Below are positions 19,836-29,680 of a stretch of 64,000 nt of DNA, in pieces (the first letter of the stretch is position 1; each line of letters starts with the position of its first letter). The stretch lies in contig CAYOIJ010000004.1 of assembly GCA_964404025.1 (NCBI GenBank), forward strand, positions 782 through 64,781. The letters are read 5' to 3'. This DNA comes from an uncultured Pseudomonadales bacterium (GTDB lineage: Bacteria > Patescibacteriota > Microgenomatia > UBA1400 > PJMF01). The position numbers and the translations under genes are program-made. Under the pieces are notes generated by a model that made no database searches, was not told where the DNA came from, and was given only the letters and a program-made list of their open reading frames with translations.

Positions 19836-22268
19836 ATGTTAACTGCCCAAAATAATCAACCAGATGATGCGGGTCAGGTTCAGCCAGTGGTTGAACCGAC
19901 TGCTACTCAAGAACCGACACAAAATCAAGATGCAACTGATGTGGTGCAAATTGATCCTAATTTACAACAGACAATTGACAATTTAGCTCAGGATTTAGAC
20001 ACGAGTTCTCCTCCACTGGAGGATAATAGCCAAAGCTTGCCAGAAGAAAGTTCTCAAAACAATGTTTTGGATAATCAAAAATTAGAACCTGTAAATCAAA
20101 GCGCAGATTCCAGTCAGATAGAAGTTCCTCAATTAGATCCAGTCAATATCATCCCAGACCAAGGGGTTGAAGTACAAAATGACACTGCCCCAACGGCTGG
20201 CGTAGACATTGCAGAGCCGATTTTTTCTCAAGCACCTGTCGCGGAGGCCAATCTTTCACAAGCCAGTCCAGCTAATGTTGACGCCGAGCAAGGCGCCGCA
20301 GTTAATGATCTCAGCAATCAGGGCATGAATGAAACAATTGGGAATGAAGCAGTTACGGCCGAAACAACAACAACTGAAGCAGCCACAACTGAAACTAGTG
20401 ATCTTAGCTTACAAACTCCCGAGCCAACACTTACAGCTGCACCTAGCACAGATAATACAGTGCAGGTGGTAGCTCAACAGTCACCGCTTGATCACTCAGT
20501 AGCACAAAGTAATACTGGGGGTTTTAGTTTTTCTGTAACCAATTCTTTTTTTGATGTCTTGGTTAATAATGGAATTGTTTCGCCCAAACAGGCTGAGGAA
20601 TTAAGGCAGGAAAACTTGAGCACTGGCCATAGTTATGAAGAACTAGTATTGAACAAACAATTAGCAACTGAGTCGGATGTTGTTCAAGCTAAGGCAGAAT
20701 TTAATAATCTACCCTACATTAAATTGTCCGCAACTGGTGTTGACCCAGAGGCTTTAACTCTTCTTGACGAAGGCATTGCTAAACGCTATCAAGCCTTACC
20801 CTTTAGCTTAGACAAAGAAAAGAAAAGTCTGCAAGTGGCAATGGCCAATCCTTTAGATTTAGCAACTATTGAATTTTTAAAACAAAAAACAGGTTACAAA
20901 ATAGACGCTTATTACAGTGAGAGTAGCGAAATTGCCCGAATGATTGAGGAGCGTTATTCTCAGAGTTTATCTAGCGAAGTTACTGAGGCACTCAAAAGCA
21001 CTCATCAGTATAAAGAAAAGGGCAAAGCAGATATTCAACTTGATCAACAAGCTGGAGCTATTTTGCGAGATGCGCCAATTAGTCGAATTGTTGAAAATAT
21101 TTTAGATTTTGCTATTAAATCTTCAGCTTCTGACGTTCACATTGAGCCTCAAGTCAACCGTACTCGAGTCAGATATCGTATTGATGGTATTTTGGCTGAA
21201 AAATTAATTTTGCCGCAAAATGTCCATGAGGCGGTAGTTTCTCGGATAAAAATTATGGCCAATCTAAAAATCGATGAAAAAAGATTGCCACAAGACGGGC
21301 GTTTCAATTATAAGGCCAATAATGCCGAGGTTGATTTGCGTACTTCTACTCTACCGACGGTGCACGGTGAGAAGGTTGTGATGCGTCTCTTACAAAAAGA
21401 CATGGCTGTTCCTTCACTGGAAGATTTAGGCATGACTGGCTTAGGTTTACAGAGGGTTAAGGAAGCGATTAAAGTTCCTTATGGAATTATCTTAATCACT
21501 GGCCCTACTGGCTCAGGTAAAACTACTACTCTTTATTCGATTTTAAATATTATCAATAAGGTGGGGGTTAACATTATGACCCTCGAGGATCCAGTTGAGT
21601 ACCAAATTCCTGGAGTTAGCCAAGTACAAACCAATCCTAAAGCAGGCTTAACTTTTGCTTCGGGACTGCGTTCTTTCTTGCGTCAAGATCCAGACGTGAT
21701 TATGGTCGGAGAAATTCGTGATAATGAGACTGCTGATTTGGCGCTGCAGGCTTCTTTAACTGGTCACTTAGTTTTCTCTACCCTACACACTAATAGTGCT
21801 GCTGGTGCGCTACCCCGTTTGTTGGATATGGAAGCAGAACCATTTTTATTGGCTTCATCTATTACTTTAGCGATGGGACAGCGAGTGCTAAGAAAAATTA
21901 ACCCAGCTTACAAAGAAGAATATCAGCCTGAAGCAGTAGTAATTGAAGATATTAAAAAAGTTTTGGGGACGCATTTTGATCGTTGGTGTAAGGACAATGG
22001 TAAAGATCCTAATAAAATTACTCTTTTCCGGCCCAGTAATAAACGACCAGCGACTGAACCAGAATACAAAGGTAGAATTGGTATTTTTGAAGTAATGCCT
22101 ATTTCTCCAGACATAGCAAGCCTAATTCTTAATCGAAAAGCAGCTAGTGAGCTTGAAAAAATTGCTGTTCAGCAGGGAATGCTTTTGATGAAACAGGACG
22201 GTTATCTAAAAGCCTTAGACGGTATTACGACTATTGAAGAGGTTTTACGGATAGCCGAGGTTACTTAA
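19836..22268 (+). CDS. pilB: Type IV pilus assembly ATPase (PilB/GspE) with ~230-aa acidic low-complexity N-terminus
   Basis: ASDVHIEP, PQDGR, GPTGSGKTT, LRQDPDVIMVGEIRD, LTGHLVFSTLH; AAGGAG SD. Confidence 0.95.
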   Translation: MLTAQNNQPDDAGQVQPVVEPTATQEPTQNQDATDVVQIDPNLQQTIDNLAQDLDTSSPPLEDNSQSLPEESSQNNVLDNQKLEPVNQSADSSQIEVPQLDPVNIIPDQGVEVQNDTAPTAGVDIAEPIFSQAPVAEANLSQASPANVDAEQGAAVNDLSNQGMNETIGNEAVTAETTTTEAATTETSDLSLQTPEPTLTAAPSTDNTVQVVAQQSPLDHSVAQSNTGGFSFSVTNSFFDVLVNNGIVSPKQAEELRQENLSTGHSYEELVLNKQLATESDVVQAKAEFNNLPYIKLSATGVDPEALTLLDEGIAKRYQALPFSLDKEKKSLQVAMANPLDLATIEFLKQKTGYKIDAYYSESSEIARMIEERYSQSLSSEVTEALKSTHQYKEKGKADIQLDQQAGAILRDAPISRIVENILDFAIKSSASDVHIEPQVNRTRVRYRIDGILAEKLILPQNVHEAVVSRIKIMANLKIDEKRLPQDGRFNYKANNAEVDLRTSTLPTVHGEKVVMRLLQKDMAVPSLEDLGMTGLGLQRVKEAIKVPYGIILITGPTGSGKTTTLYSILNIINKVGVNIMTLEDPVEYQIPGVSQVQTNPKAGLTFASGLRSFLRQDPDVIMVGEIRDNETADLALQASLTGHLVFSTLHTNSAAGALPRLLDMEAEPFLLASSITLAMGQRVLRKINPAYKEEYQPEAVVIEDIKKVLGTHFDRWCKDNGKDPNKITLFRPSNKRPATEPEYKGRIGIFEVMPISPDIASLILNRKAASELEKIAVQQGMLLMKQDGYLKALDGITTIEEVLRIAEVT

Positions 22269-22330
22269 AACAGATGGCTTGTGTAAGCTGTAACCGGGCA
22301 TATATAATGAATGAATAAGGAGTTTAGTGA

Positions 22331-23389
22331 ATGACTATTCAAGAAATATTACAATTTTTAATTGACAATCAGGGGTCTGATGTTCATATTATTCCTGCTT
22401 CCCCACTTGCCATTCGTGTCAATGGAGTTTTAAGTTTTCCTGCAGGACCTCAGGCTATTGGTCCAGAGCAAACTCAAGCTTGGATTTTTGAATTATTAAG
22501 TGAAGCGCAAAAGCAAAAATTGAAAGAAAACAAAGAAATTGATCTGGCTTACCAATTTGGTGACAATGCCCGTTTTCGTATTTGTGTTTATCAGCACTTG
22601 GGTAATTATGCAGCAGCTCTGCGCTTAATTCCTCAAGAAATCAAAAGCATCGATGAACTAGCTTTGCCAAAAATTTTCCATCAATTTACAACTTACAACC
22701 AGGGTTTAGTGCTCTTTACTGGTCCCACTGGTGAGGGTAAATCAACTTCTCTAGCTGCCATTATTGATGAAATTAATCGCACTCAGAGTCAACATATTAT
22801 TACTATTGAAGACCCAGTGGAATTTATTTATCGGCCAGATAAAAGTGTGGTCTCGCAGCGTGAAATTGGTAAAGATACTCACGAATGGCACTTGGCTTTG
22901 AAAAGTGCCCTGCGCTCAGACCCCGATGTAGTTTTGGTTGGTGAAATGCGTGATTTGGATACAATTGCGGCCACTTTAACTCTGGCAGAGACGGGTCATT
23001 TAGTTTTTGCTACTATTCATACCAACACAGCTGGCCAAACCATTGACCGTATTATCGATGTTTTTCCTGCCCATCAACAAGGTCAAATTCGTCAGCAACT
23101 AGCCAGTGTTTTGCGGGCAGTAGTTTCTCAGCGTCTAGTAGCAAAAATTCATGGCGGCAGAACAGCCGCAATTGAATTGTTATTTAACAATTCAGCTATA
23201 GCCAATTTGATTCGTGACTCTAAGGTGTTTCAAATCGACAGTGTGATTCAAACTAATCTGAATGCTGGCATGATGTTGATGGAAAATCACTTGTTTGACC
23301 TTTATATTCAAAAAATTATTAGCAAAGAAACAGCTATTCGTAGCTCTTTTCGTCCAGCAGATATGCTTCGCTTGTTAGAAAATAACTAA
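22331..23389 (+). CDS. pilT: Type IV pilus retraction ATPase
   Basis: GPTGEGKST, TIEDPVE, LRSDPDVVLVGEMRD, AETGHLV, AIANLIRD. Confidence 0.95.
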   Translation: MTIQEILQFLIDNQGSDVHIIPASPLAIRVNGVLSFPAGPQAIGPEQTQAWIFELLSEAQKQKLKENKEIDLAYQFGDNARFRICVYQHLGNYAAALRLIPQEIKSIDELALPKIFHQFTTYNQGLVLFTGPTGEGKSTSLAAIIDEINRTQSQHIITIEDPVEFIYRPDKSVVSQREIGKDTHEWHLALKSALRSDPDVVLVGEMRDLDTIAATLTLAETGHLVFATIHTNTAGQTIDRIIDVFPAHQQGQIRQQLASVLRAVVSQRLVAKIHGGRTAAIELLFNNSAIANLIRDSKVFQIDSVIQTNLNAGMMLMENHLFDLYIQKIISKETAIRSSFRPADMLRLLENN

Positions 23390-23397
23390 GGCTTGTT

Positions 23398-24600
23398 GTG
23401 CCAATTTTTAAATATATAGCTAAAAATAAACGTGGTGAAAATATTAAAGGTAAGGTGGAAGCAGCCTCCAAAATGCAGGCAGTCTCTACCCTGTTTTCGA
23501 GAGATTTATTTGTCATTGATGTCAGTAGTCTTGGCCAGGAGACAGGTTTTTTTTCTAAAATTTTTAAACCAAAAGTTAAATTTACTGAACTAGTTAATTT
23601 TACTCGACAGCTAGCAACGATGATTAATGCTGGTTTGTCTTTGGCTAGTGCCCTATCGATTCTAGAGGAAGAGGGCGAAAACGAAATGGCTAAGTTAACT
23701 GGCAACTTGCTTAAAGATGTAGAAAGTGGCTTAAGTTTTTCAGATGCTCTGCAAAAATATCCAGATAATTTTTCAAGAATTTATGTGCAGTTAGTCAGAG
23801 CTGGAGAAGCCGGCGGTGTGCTAGATGAAGTATTGGAGCGCTTAGCAATTACTTTGGAAAAAGACAAAGATTTTAAGGCAAAAACCAAAAGTGCCATGAT
23901 TTATCCAGTCATTATTTTGATAGCGATGTTGGCAGTGGGAGCAGTGATGATGATTGCTGTAATTCCTAAATTGACAGAAATGTATGATGATTTTGGCGCA
24001 GAATTGCCTGGCATGACTAGATCTTTGATGGCAATTTCAGGTTTTATGGTTAAGTTTTGGTGGTTGATGTTGCTACTGGGTATAGCAGGAGGCGCGATTT
24101 TGCGCTCTTACAAAAAAACAAAAAAGGGCGAATTAGCTATTGATCGCTGGTTATTGAAATTGCCCATTTTTGGCAAAATGCGCCAAAAAATAATTTTGAC
24201 TGATTTTACTCGCACCCTTTCTTTATTGTTGGGCGCAGGAGTGTCTTTATTGGAATCAATTAATATAGTAGCTCATGCTATTGATAACGCAGTTTATCGC
24301 GAAGAATTAGCTGAAGCAGCCAAACAAGTAGAAAAAGGAACCTCACTGTCAATGGCAATATCTCGCTATCAGGATTTTCCTTCGATCCTGCATCAGATGA
24401 TGAGTGTTGGCGAAGAAACTGGCAAACTTGATGAGATTTTACAAAAATTGGCAGAATATTTTGAAAAAGAGAGCGAGTATGCAGTCAAAAACATGACTAC
24501 TGCTATGGAGCCGCTCATTATGATTGTTTTGGCAGTGGGGGTGGGTTTTATGGTGGTGGCGATTATTATGCCAATTTATAGCTTAACCAGTCAATTTTAA
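23398..24600 (+). CDS. pilC: Type IV pilus platform protein (GspF family)
   Basis: FTRQLATMINAGL, GEAGGVLDEVL, GEETGKLD, EP..I; GTG start. Confidence 0.95.
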   Translation: MPIFKYIAKNKRGENIKGKVEAASKMQAVSTLFSRDLFVIDVSSLGQETGFFSKIFKPKVKFTELVNFTRQLATMINAGLSLASALSILEEEGENEMAKLTGNLLKDVESGLSFSDALQKYPDNFSRIYVQLVRAGEAGGVLDEVLERLAITLEKDKDFKAKTKSAMIYPVIILIAMLAVGAVMMIAVIPKLTEMYDDFGAELPGMTRSLMAISGFMVKFWWLMLLLGIAGGAILRSYKKTKKGELAIDRWLLKLPIFGKMRQKIILTDFTRTLSLLLGAGVSLLESINIVAHAIDNAVYREELAEAAKQVEKGTSLSMAISRYQDFPSILHQMMSVGEETGKLDEILQKLAEYFEKESEYAVKNMTTAMEPLIMIVLAVGVGFMVVAIIMPIYSLTSQF

Positions 24601-24608
24601 ATTGCTAC

Positions 24609-24638
24609 TTGAAAAGCTGTTAAAAAATAAGTTACACT
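24609..24638 (+). promoter_or_regulatory. Putative sigma70 promoter of the major pilin
   Basis: TTGAAA-18 bp-TACACT. Confidence 0.45.
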
Positions 24639-24693
24639 GGATATACGAATAAGCAAGAATTACTTGCGATTAGTAGTTATCAAAAGACAAATT

Positions 24694-25332
24694 ATGCAAA
24701 TCAAATCTTTTTACCCAAGGTTAAAAAAACAATTAGGCTTCACCATGATCGAGTTACTAATTGTAATTGCCATTTTGGGTATTTTGGCAGTGGCTGTCTT
24801 ATCAGCAATTAATCCAATTGAACAGATTAACCGTGGCCGAGACACAGGTACTCGCTCCGATGCAGAGCAATTGGTTACAGCTATTGATCGTTATTATGCG
24901 ATGAAAGGAATTTATCCATGGATGGATGCAGCTTCTGATCCGGTCGCTTACCCCTGGACAATGGTGGGATTGACGGATAATTTAGGAGCTCCTACCTTTT
25001 TGAGTACTGGTGGCTGCCCAACGCTTTATCGACTAAGTGACATGCCAGCGACTCCGCCAGCTGAATGTGGAACTGAGGTTGGTACCCAAGAATTAAAAAT
25101 TGGTTTTGTCAACAAAGTTGATGCAGACACTTATAACAAGCTCTATGTGTTTCATGATGACCAAAACTATGATTCAACCTATGTTTGTTTTGAACCAAAA
25201 TCTAACTCTTTCCAACAAGAGGCAGATGATCGTATAACAGCTGGTGTCCCAGATGACTATCCAGCAGATGCTTATGCTCAACCTGCTGACGGACACTGTG
25301 GTCCAGGAGGAAACTGTATCTGCTTACCATAA
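24694..25332 (+). CDS. Type IV pilin, probable major pilin (start taken at ATG 24694)
   Basis: G|FTMIELLIVIAILGIL class III signal; C-terminal Cys residues; own promoter and terminator. Confidence 0.9.
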   Translation: MQIKSFYPRLKKQLGFTMIELLIVIAILGILAVAVLSAINPIEQINRGRDTGTRSDAEQLVTAIDRYYAMKGIYPWMDAASDPVAYPWTMVGLTDNLGAPTFLSTGGCPTLYRLSDMPATPPAECGTEVGTQELKIGFVNKVDADTYNKLYVFHDDQNYDSTYVCFEPKSNSFQQEADDRITAGVPDDYPADAYAQPADGHCGPGGNCICLP

Positions 25333-25350
25333 TGAATTAAGTTTAAAACT

Positions 25351-25381
25351 AAAACCCGAGTCCTAGCACTCGGGTTTTTTT
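25351..25381 (+). terminator. Intrinsic terminator after the major pilin
   Basis: AAAACCCGAGT-cctagc-ACTCGGGTTTT, continuing as a T run. Confidence 0.9.
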
Positions 25382-25392
25382 GTTATGATGAG

Positions 25393-26241
25393 GTGATGGT
25401 ATTATTTTTTACTTATTATCTTGTTTTTGCCTTACTCTTATTTTTATTTGCTGCTATTTTGGCTAGTTTTTTAAATGTAGTGATTTATCGAACTGCAGCT
25501 GAATGTGAACTGATCAAGGATCAAAAAGGAAAAGTGCTAAAATTAGCTCCTTTTTGGCGTGGGCGATCACTAACTGATTGTTGTCAGCGATCAATTCGAG
25601 CTGGTGACAATATTCCCCTTATTTCATTTTTATTATTAAAAGGTCGCTGTCGCTATTGTCAAAGTAAAATAGCCAAGCACCACTTTAGTAGTGAACTGTT
25701 ATCTGGACTTTATGCCTTGTTTTTTGCCTGTATTGTTTATTGGCAAATAAGTGCTGGACAATTATTAAACCCGATTACCCTAACCGCTCAATTTTTGTTT
25801 TTTTTACTTTTAATGTTTGTGGTAATTGCTGATTTTCGATACCTAATTATTCCTGATTTTTTTATCGTTTTATTGAGTATTTTAGCTATTTTTTTGGCTT
25901 GGCCAAATTATTTAAGTGCTTTGATTGGGACTGTGATTTCTTCAATCTTTTTTGTTCTCCTCTATTTTTTAGCCAGCTGGATTTTTAAAAAAGAAGCGAT
26001 GGGCTTGGGAGATATTAAGCTCATGCTACCTTTAAGTTTTGTTCTGGCATGGCCCAGGGTGTTGTTGGCAATTTTCCTTAGCTTTATTGTTGGGGGTATT
26101 TTTGCTACAATTTTATTGCTATTTAAACAGAAAAAAATTGGTCAAAGTCTGCCTTTTGGACCTTTTTTGGTTGTGGGTTTTATACTTAGTTATTTTTGGG
26201 CAGAGCCAATTTGGGCTTGGTATTTAGCTCTTTTTTTATGA
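25393..26241 (+). CDS. pilD: Prepilin peptidase/N-methyltransferase
   Basis: SFLNVVIYR, NIPLISFLLLKGRCRYC, AD...IIPD, MGLGDIKL, PFGPFL. Confidence 0.93.
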   Translation: MMVLFFTYYLVFALLLFLFAAILASFLNVVIYRTAAECELIKDQKGKVLKLAPFWRGRSLTDCCQRSIRAGDNIPLISFLLLKGRCRYCQSKIAKHHFSSELLSGLYALFFACIVYWQISAGQLLNPITLTAQFLFFLLLMFVVIADFRYLIIPDFFIVLLSILAIFLAWPNYLSALIGTVISSIFFVLLYFLASWIFKKEAMGLGDIKLMLPLSFVLAWPRVLLAIFLSFIVGGIFATILLLFKQKKIGQSLPFGPFLVVGFILSYFWAEPIWAWYLALFL

Positions 26242-27254
26242 GAATTATTCGGATTTTTTTCTCAACTTTAGCTTTGATTTCGCTCTTTTTATTACTAGCT
26301 ATTTTTTTGGGTCGGGAAATTTTACTGATTATGGCAGTTAGTGATTTAAAAAGAGCTAGTGTTTTTCTCAGAGAAGAGCGACATTTAGCCAATTGTCAGG
26401 ATGGTTTTGCTATTTCTTCTACAGCTTGGGGTCAAATGCGCTTTGAAAATGAGCACGATTATCACTTAGAAAGTGTCTGTAGTAGTTTTGCAAGTAAACC
26501 AATTTTTCTTGAGGAGAGACAGCTACCTATTTTTGTTAAAAAGGTCGCTGGTGCTTCAGGCTTTATCTTTGATCATGAAAAAAACCCCAGTCAAATTACT
26601 CTGAGCAGTTTTGGTAAAGAAATAACTGTCTATAGTGAAGACAATCAGCTCGAGTCGGGTCAAGCTCCTGAGTTGAGCTATATAGTTGGCCCAGTTAGTT
26701 CTTGTCAGTCTTTTAATTATCGCTGTTGCCAAGAAGAAGTGGAAAAAGGTGTGGGAGAAGTGCAATCTTTGGCAAGTGACTGCCCCAAGGCTTGTTTTAA
26801 ATCTTGTTTAGCACGACCTTTAGTTTTATCTTTTAATGCCATGGGTTCAAATTTGGCCAATGATGGTGTCTTGTACACTAATTCAGGTAGGAAAAATACT
26901 TTTACTTTTGTAGTAAGTGACGGTAAGCAAGAGTTGTTTAGCGACCAAGTTTTAACTAAGCAAAAGCCAAGCGGCATTGCTGGCTTACAAGATCGTTTAG
27001 AAAATTTGATTGCAGTATTTAGTAAATTAGATAATAGTAGTATACAGCAAGCTAAAATGCCAATTACCACCACTATTTTTTTTGGTGATGGTCAAAACTA
27101 TAGCACTCAAGATTTGCAAGGAGCAGTTGATCACATATATACTTGCAGTGAGACAGTGTGTTATTTTGATGCTTGGATTGAAGCTCAGGATGCAAGATTA
27201 ACGCCATCACTTTTGACCGAACTAAATCGTTTGACAGTAATAGTAAACAATTAG
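26238..27254 (+). CDS. Membrane-anchored Cys-rich protein with C-terminal PKD-like domain
   Basis: ATG 26238 overlaps the pilD stop; N-terminal TM; CC..CPKAC cluster; IFFGDG...DHIY. Confidence 0.65.
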   Translation: MRIIRIFFSTLALISLFLLLAIFLGREILLIMAVSDLKRASVFLREERHLANCQDGFAISSTAWGQMRFENEHDYHLESVCSSFASKPIFLEERQLPIFVKKVAGASGFIFDHEKNPSQITLSSFGKEITVYSEDNQLESGQAPELSYIVGPVSSCQSFNYRCCQEEVEKGVGEVQSLASDCPKACFKSCLARPLVLSFNAMGSNLANDGVLYTNSGRKNTFTFVVSDGKQELFSDQVLTKQKPSGIAGLQDRLENLIAVFSKLDNSSIQQAKMPITTTIFFGDGQNYSTQDLQGAVDHIYTCSETVCYFDAWIEAQDARLTPSLLTELNRLTVIVNN

Positions 27255-27262
27255 AGGATTTT

Positions 27263-27715
27263 ATGAATAAACAAAAACAAAAAGCTTTTACCTTGTTAGA
27301 GTTACTAGTGGTAATAGCCATCATTGGCATCTTAATTTCTTTGGGTGTGGCTAGTTTCTCCAATGCTCAAAAAAAATCACGTGATTCGCGTCGTCGAGAA
27401 GATCTAAAGGCGATGCAAAATGGTTTAGAACAACATTATGCTGATTATACTAGTTATTCTAGTTCTTCAGGTCATGACGAACAAGGTTTAACAGGAATTT
27501 TATCTGGTTTAAATAGTGCCAGCGAGTATTTTCCAGCTGGAGCTCCAGTGGATCCGAGAAATCAAAATCCCTATATCTATCGAGCTAGTTACAACAATAG
27601 TTCTTATTGTTTGTGCGCTCTTTTAGAGAGCCCTGGTACAGGCAATTCTAATTCAAGAACCTGTGCTGGGTTTGTGGCAAACGGTAATTATTTTTGTGTT
27701 AGCAATTTACAGTAA
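27263..27715 (+). CDS. Type IV minor pilin (GspG-like)
   Basis: A|FTLLELLVVIAIIG; SRDSRRREDL; DP motif. Confidence 0.9.
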   Translation: MNKQKQKAFTLLELLVVIAIIGILISLGVASFSNAQKKSRDSRRREDLKAMQNGLEQHYADYTSYSSSSGHDEQGLTGILSGLNSASEYFPAGAPVDPRNQNPYIYRASYNNSSYCLCALLESPGTGNSNSRTCAGFVANGNYFCVSNLQ

Positions 27716-27737
27716 ATTAAAATTCTGAAAGATATTT

Positions 27738-28157
27738 ATGAAAAAAAAAGAAAAAAAACAAAGTGCTTTTACCCTGATTGAAGTGTTGGTGGTGGCCACT
27801 ATTTTGGCAGTGCTATTATCTGTCGCAGTTGTTTCTTTTTCCAATGCTCAGAGAAAATCACGCGATGCCAGGCGTAAAGCAGATTTAGAAACGGTGCGAC
27901 AAGCTTTAATTCTTTACCGACAGGACAATGGTAGTTATGGCAGTATTGGTTCGGATAATACTGGTTTTAATAACTTAGTTACTACTCTTTATAATGAAGA
28001 GTATTTAACCACTCCCACAGTAGTTGATCCTAAGAATGACGTTAGTTATTTTTATAGCACTGCTTGTCCAAGCGCTGACAATCCCAATTGTAGCAAAGTT
28101 AGGTTAAGTACTACTCTTGAATCAGACGCTTCCACTTATGAAATTTTCACTCCATAA
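27738..28157 (+). CDS. Type IV minor pilin (GspG-like)
   Basis: A|FTLIEVLVV; SRDARRKADL; DP motif. Confidence 0.9.
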   Translation: MKKKEKKQSAFTLIEVLVVATILAVLLSVAVVSFSNAQRKSRDARRKADLETVRQALILYRQDNGSYGSIGSDNTGFNNLVTTLYNEEYLTTPTVVDPKNDVSYFYSTACPSADNPNCSKVRLSTTLESDASTYEIFTP

Positions 28158-28620
28158 ATCTTCAGCCTACTCTCTGATTGAGCTTTTGGTTTCGATATCA
28201 ATTGTCTTGATTTTAGTATCAAGTGCGCTGGCTGGTTATATTCGCTACAGTGATAAACAACGACTAGTGGCAGCAGCAGAAAAACTAGAAACTGGCTTAA
28301 AAGAAGCACAAAATATGGCAAGAATTGGTTATTTAGGGACTTGTGATGAGCTAGCGGGGGTTAATTTAATAACTAGCTCTTATGGAACTGCTGGTATCGC
28401 CTATCAAATTAGCATATTATGTGAACCATCTGGCTCGGACCTCATGCCAATTGTTAATTTAGATGAAGATTTACTAATTGATGCCCCAATTAATATTACT
28501 TTTAGACCTTACAATCACCTCGGTAATTCTACCAGCGTAAGATTAGACTCTGCTCGCAGTAATTACTATGCTGTTTTTGATATTGATCAGGGAGGCGGTA
28601 TTAAAGTTACTTATCATTAA
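28138..28620 (+). CDS. Minor pilin, FimT/GspH-like (start taken at ATG 28138)
   Basis: A|YSLIELLVSI; L.EAQNMA. Confidence 0.82.
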   Translation: MKFSLHKSSAYSLIELLVSISIVLILVSSALAGYIRYSDKQRLVAAAEKLETGLKEAQNMARIGYLGTCDELAGVNLITSSYGTAGIAYQISILCEPSGSDLMPIVNLDEDLLIDAPINITFRPYNHLGNSTSVRLDSARSNYYAVFDIDQGGGIKVTYH

Positions 28621-28627
28621 ATTAGCA

Positions 28628-29128
28628 ATGAAAAACATAAAAGATTTTTATAAAGATAGAAAGAAAAAGCAGACAGGCTCAACTTTTATTGAGGTTTTAG
28701 TAGCAATGGTAGTGGTGGCGACAGTGTTGACTGCTTTGGGCTCAATGATGGCTTTGTCAATGAGAGTGGCTGAAGCCAATGAAATGGAGCAATTAGCCCA
28801 GCTCAAAGCCCAACAAGTGCTAGAATTTTTTCGCAAGGAGCGTTTGGTTAGAGGTTGGATCACTTTTTTTAGTAGTCTAGATAATGGAGATTATTGTCTT
28901 AGTCCCTTGCCTGATAGTATTGATAATATTAGTCCTGCCCCCTGCCCCACACCTCTTACAGTACTCAATCATTTTTACTACAAAATTGAAACCAATGTTA
29001 GTAAGGATACTGCTGTCGATGAGGAAAGTGTTCAACTAGAAGTAAGTGTTTATCGCTATAGCAAGGGAGGAACGTTGTTGGGCAATGGAGCCTTTTTTAC
29101 CCTTAATCAGGTTTTTAAACAATATTAA
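28628..29128 (+). CDS. Minor pilin, PilV-like (start taken at ATG 28628)
   Basis: G|STFIEVLVAM; A..KAQQVLE. Confidence 0.82.
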   Translation: MKNIKDFYKDRKKKQTGSTFIEVLVAMVVVATVLTALGSMMALSMRVAEANEMEQLAQLKAQQVLEFFRKERLVRGWITFFSSLDNGDYCLSPLPDSIDNISPAPCPTPLTVLNHFYYKIETNVSKDTAVDEESVQLEVSVYRYSKGGTLLGNGAFFTLNQVFKQY

Positions 29129-29138
29129 ACAATGGTTT

Positions 29139-29651
29139 TCAATTACGTAGACTAACTCCTGAGCTAAAATCTAGTTGGCTGTGACTGGCGCTAGGATCAC
29201 TAGCAGCACTACTAGCTAGAGTAAAACTAATTTCAACATATTTTGCTCCAGAGTCAATGTTGTGACAAACAAACTCTAAATCTCTGAGTTGATTGCTGCC
29301 GGCACCCGGACTACTACTTAAGAAATAAGTGTTGGTATCAGAAACTAAAGCTATTTTGTCATCTATATTGCTAAAAACACTAATCACTTCATCTGCGCTA
29401 GTGAATTCTAAAGTGGGGCTAGGACTACCATCACAAGTAGAAGTAATACTTTTAGCGTTACGCAGTTCTTCAATCATTTTTTGCATAGCAGAACCACCAT
29501 TTTCTCGAATACTTTGACTGAGGCGGGCTTTTCCAGCCGAAACAATGAAGCTAATAAACAAGCTGGTCATACCCATCATTACCAAAACAGTAAGACTGGA
29601 AGTAACCAAGAGTTCAATTAGGGTAAAGGCGCTTTGCTTATTAGAGCTCAT
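29139..29651 (-). CDS. Minor pilin, PilW/GspJ-like
   Basis: A|FTLIELLV; M..ELRNA; ends SLRN. Confidence 0.85.
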   Translation of the reverse strand: MSSNKQSAFTLIELLVTSSLTVLVMMGMTSLFISFIVSAGKARLSQSIRENGGSAMQKMIEELRNAKSITSTCDGSPSPTLEFTSADEVISVFSNIDDKIALVSDTNTYFLSSSPGAGSNQLRDLEFVCHNIDSGAKYVEISFTLASSAASDPSASHSQLDFSSGVSLRN

Positions 29652-29680
29652 TGTGCTGATTTCTTATTTTTAATAAGAGA

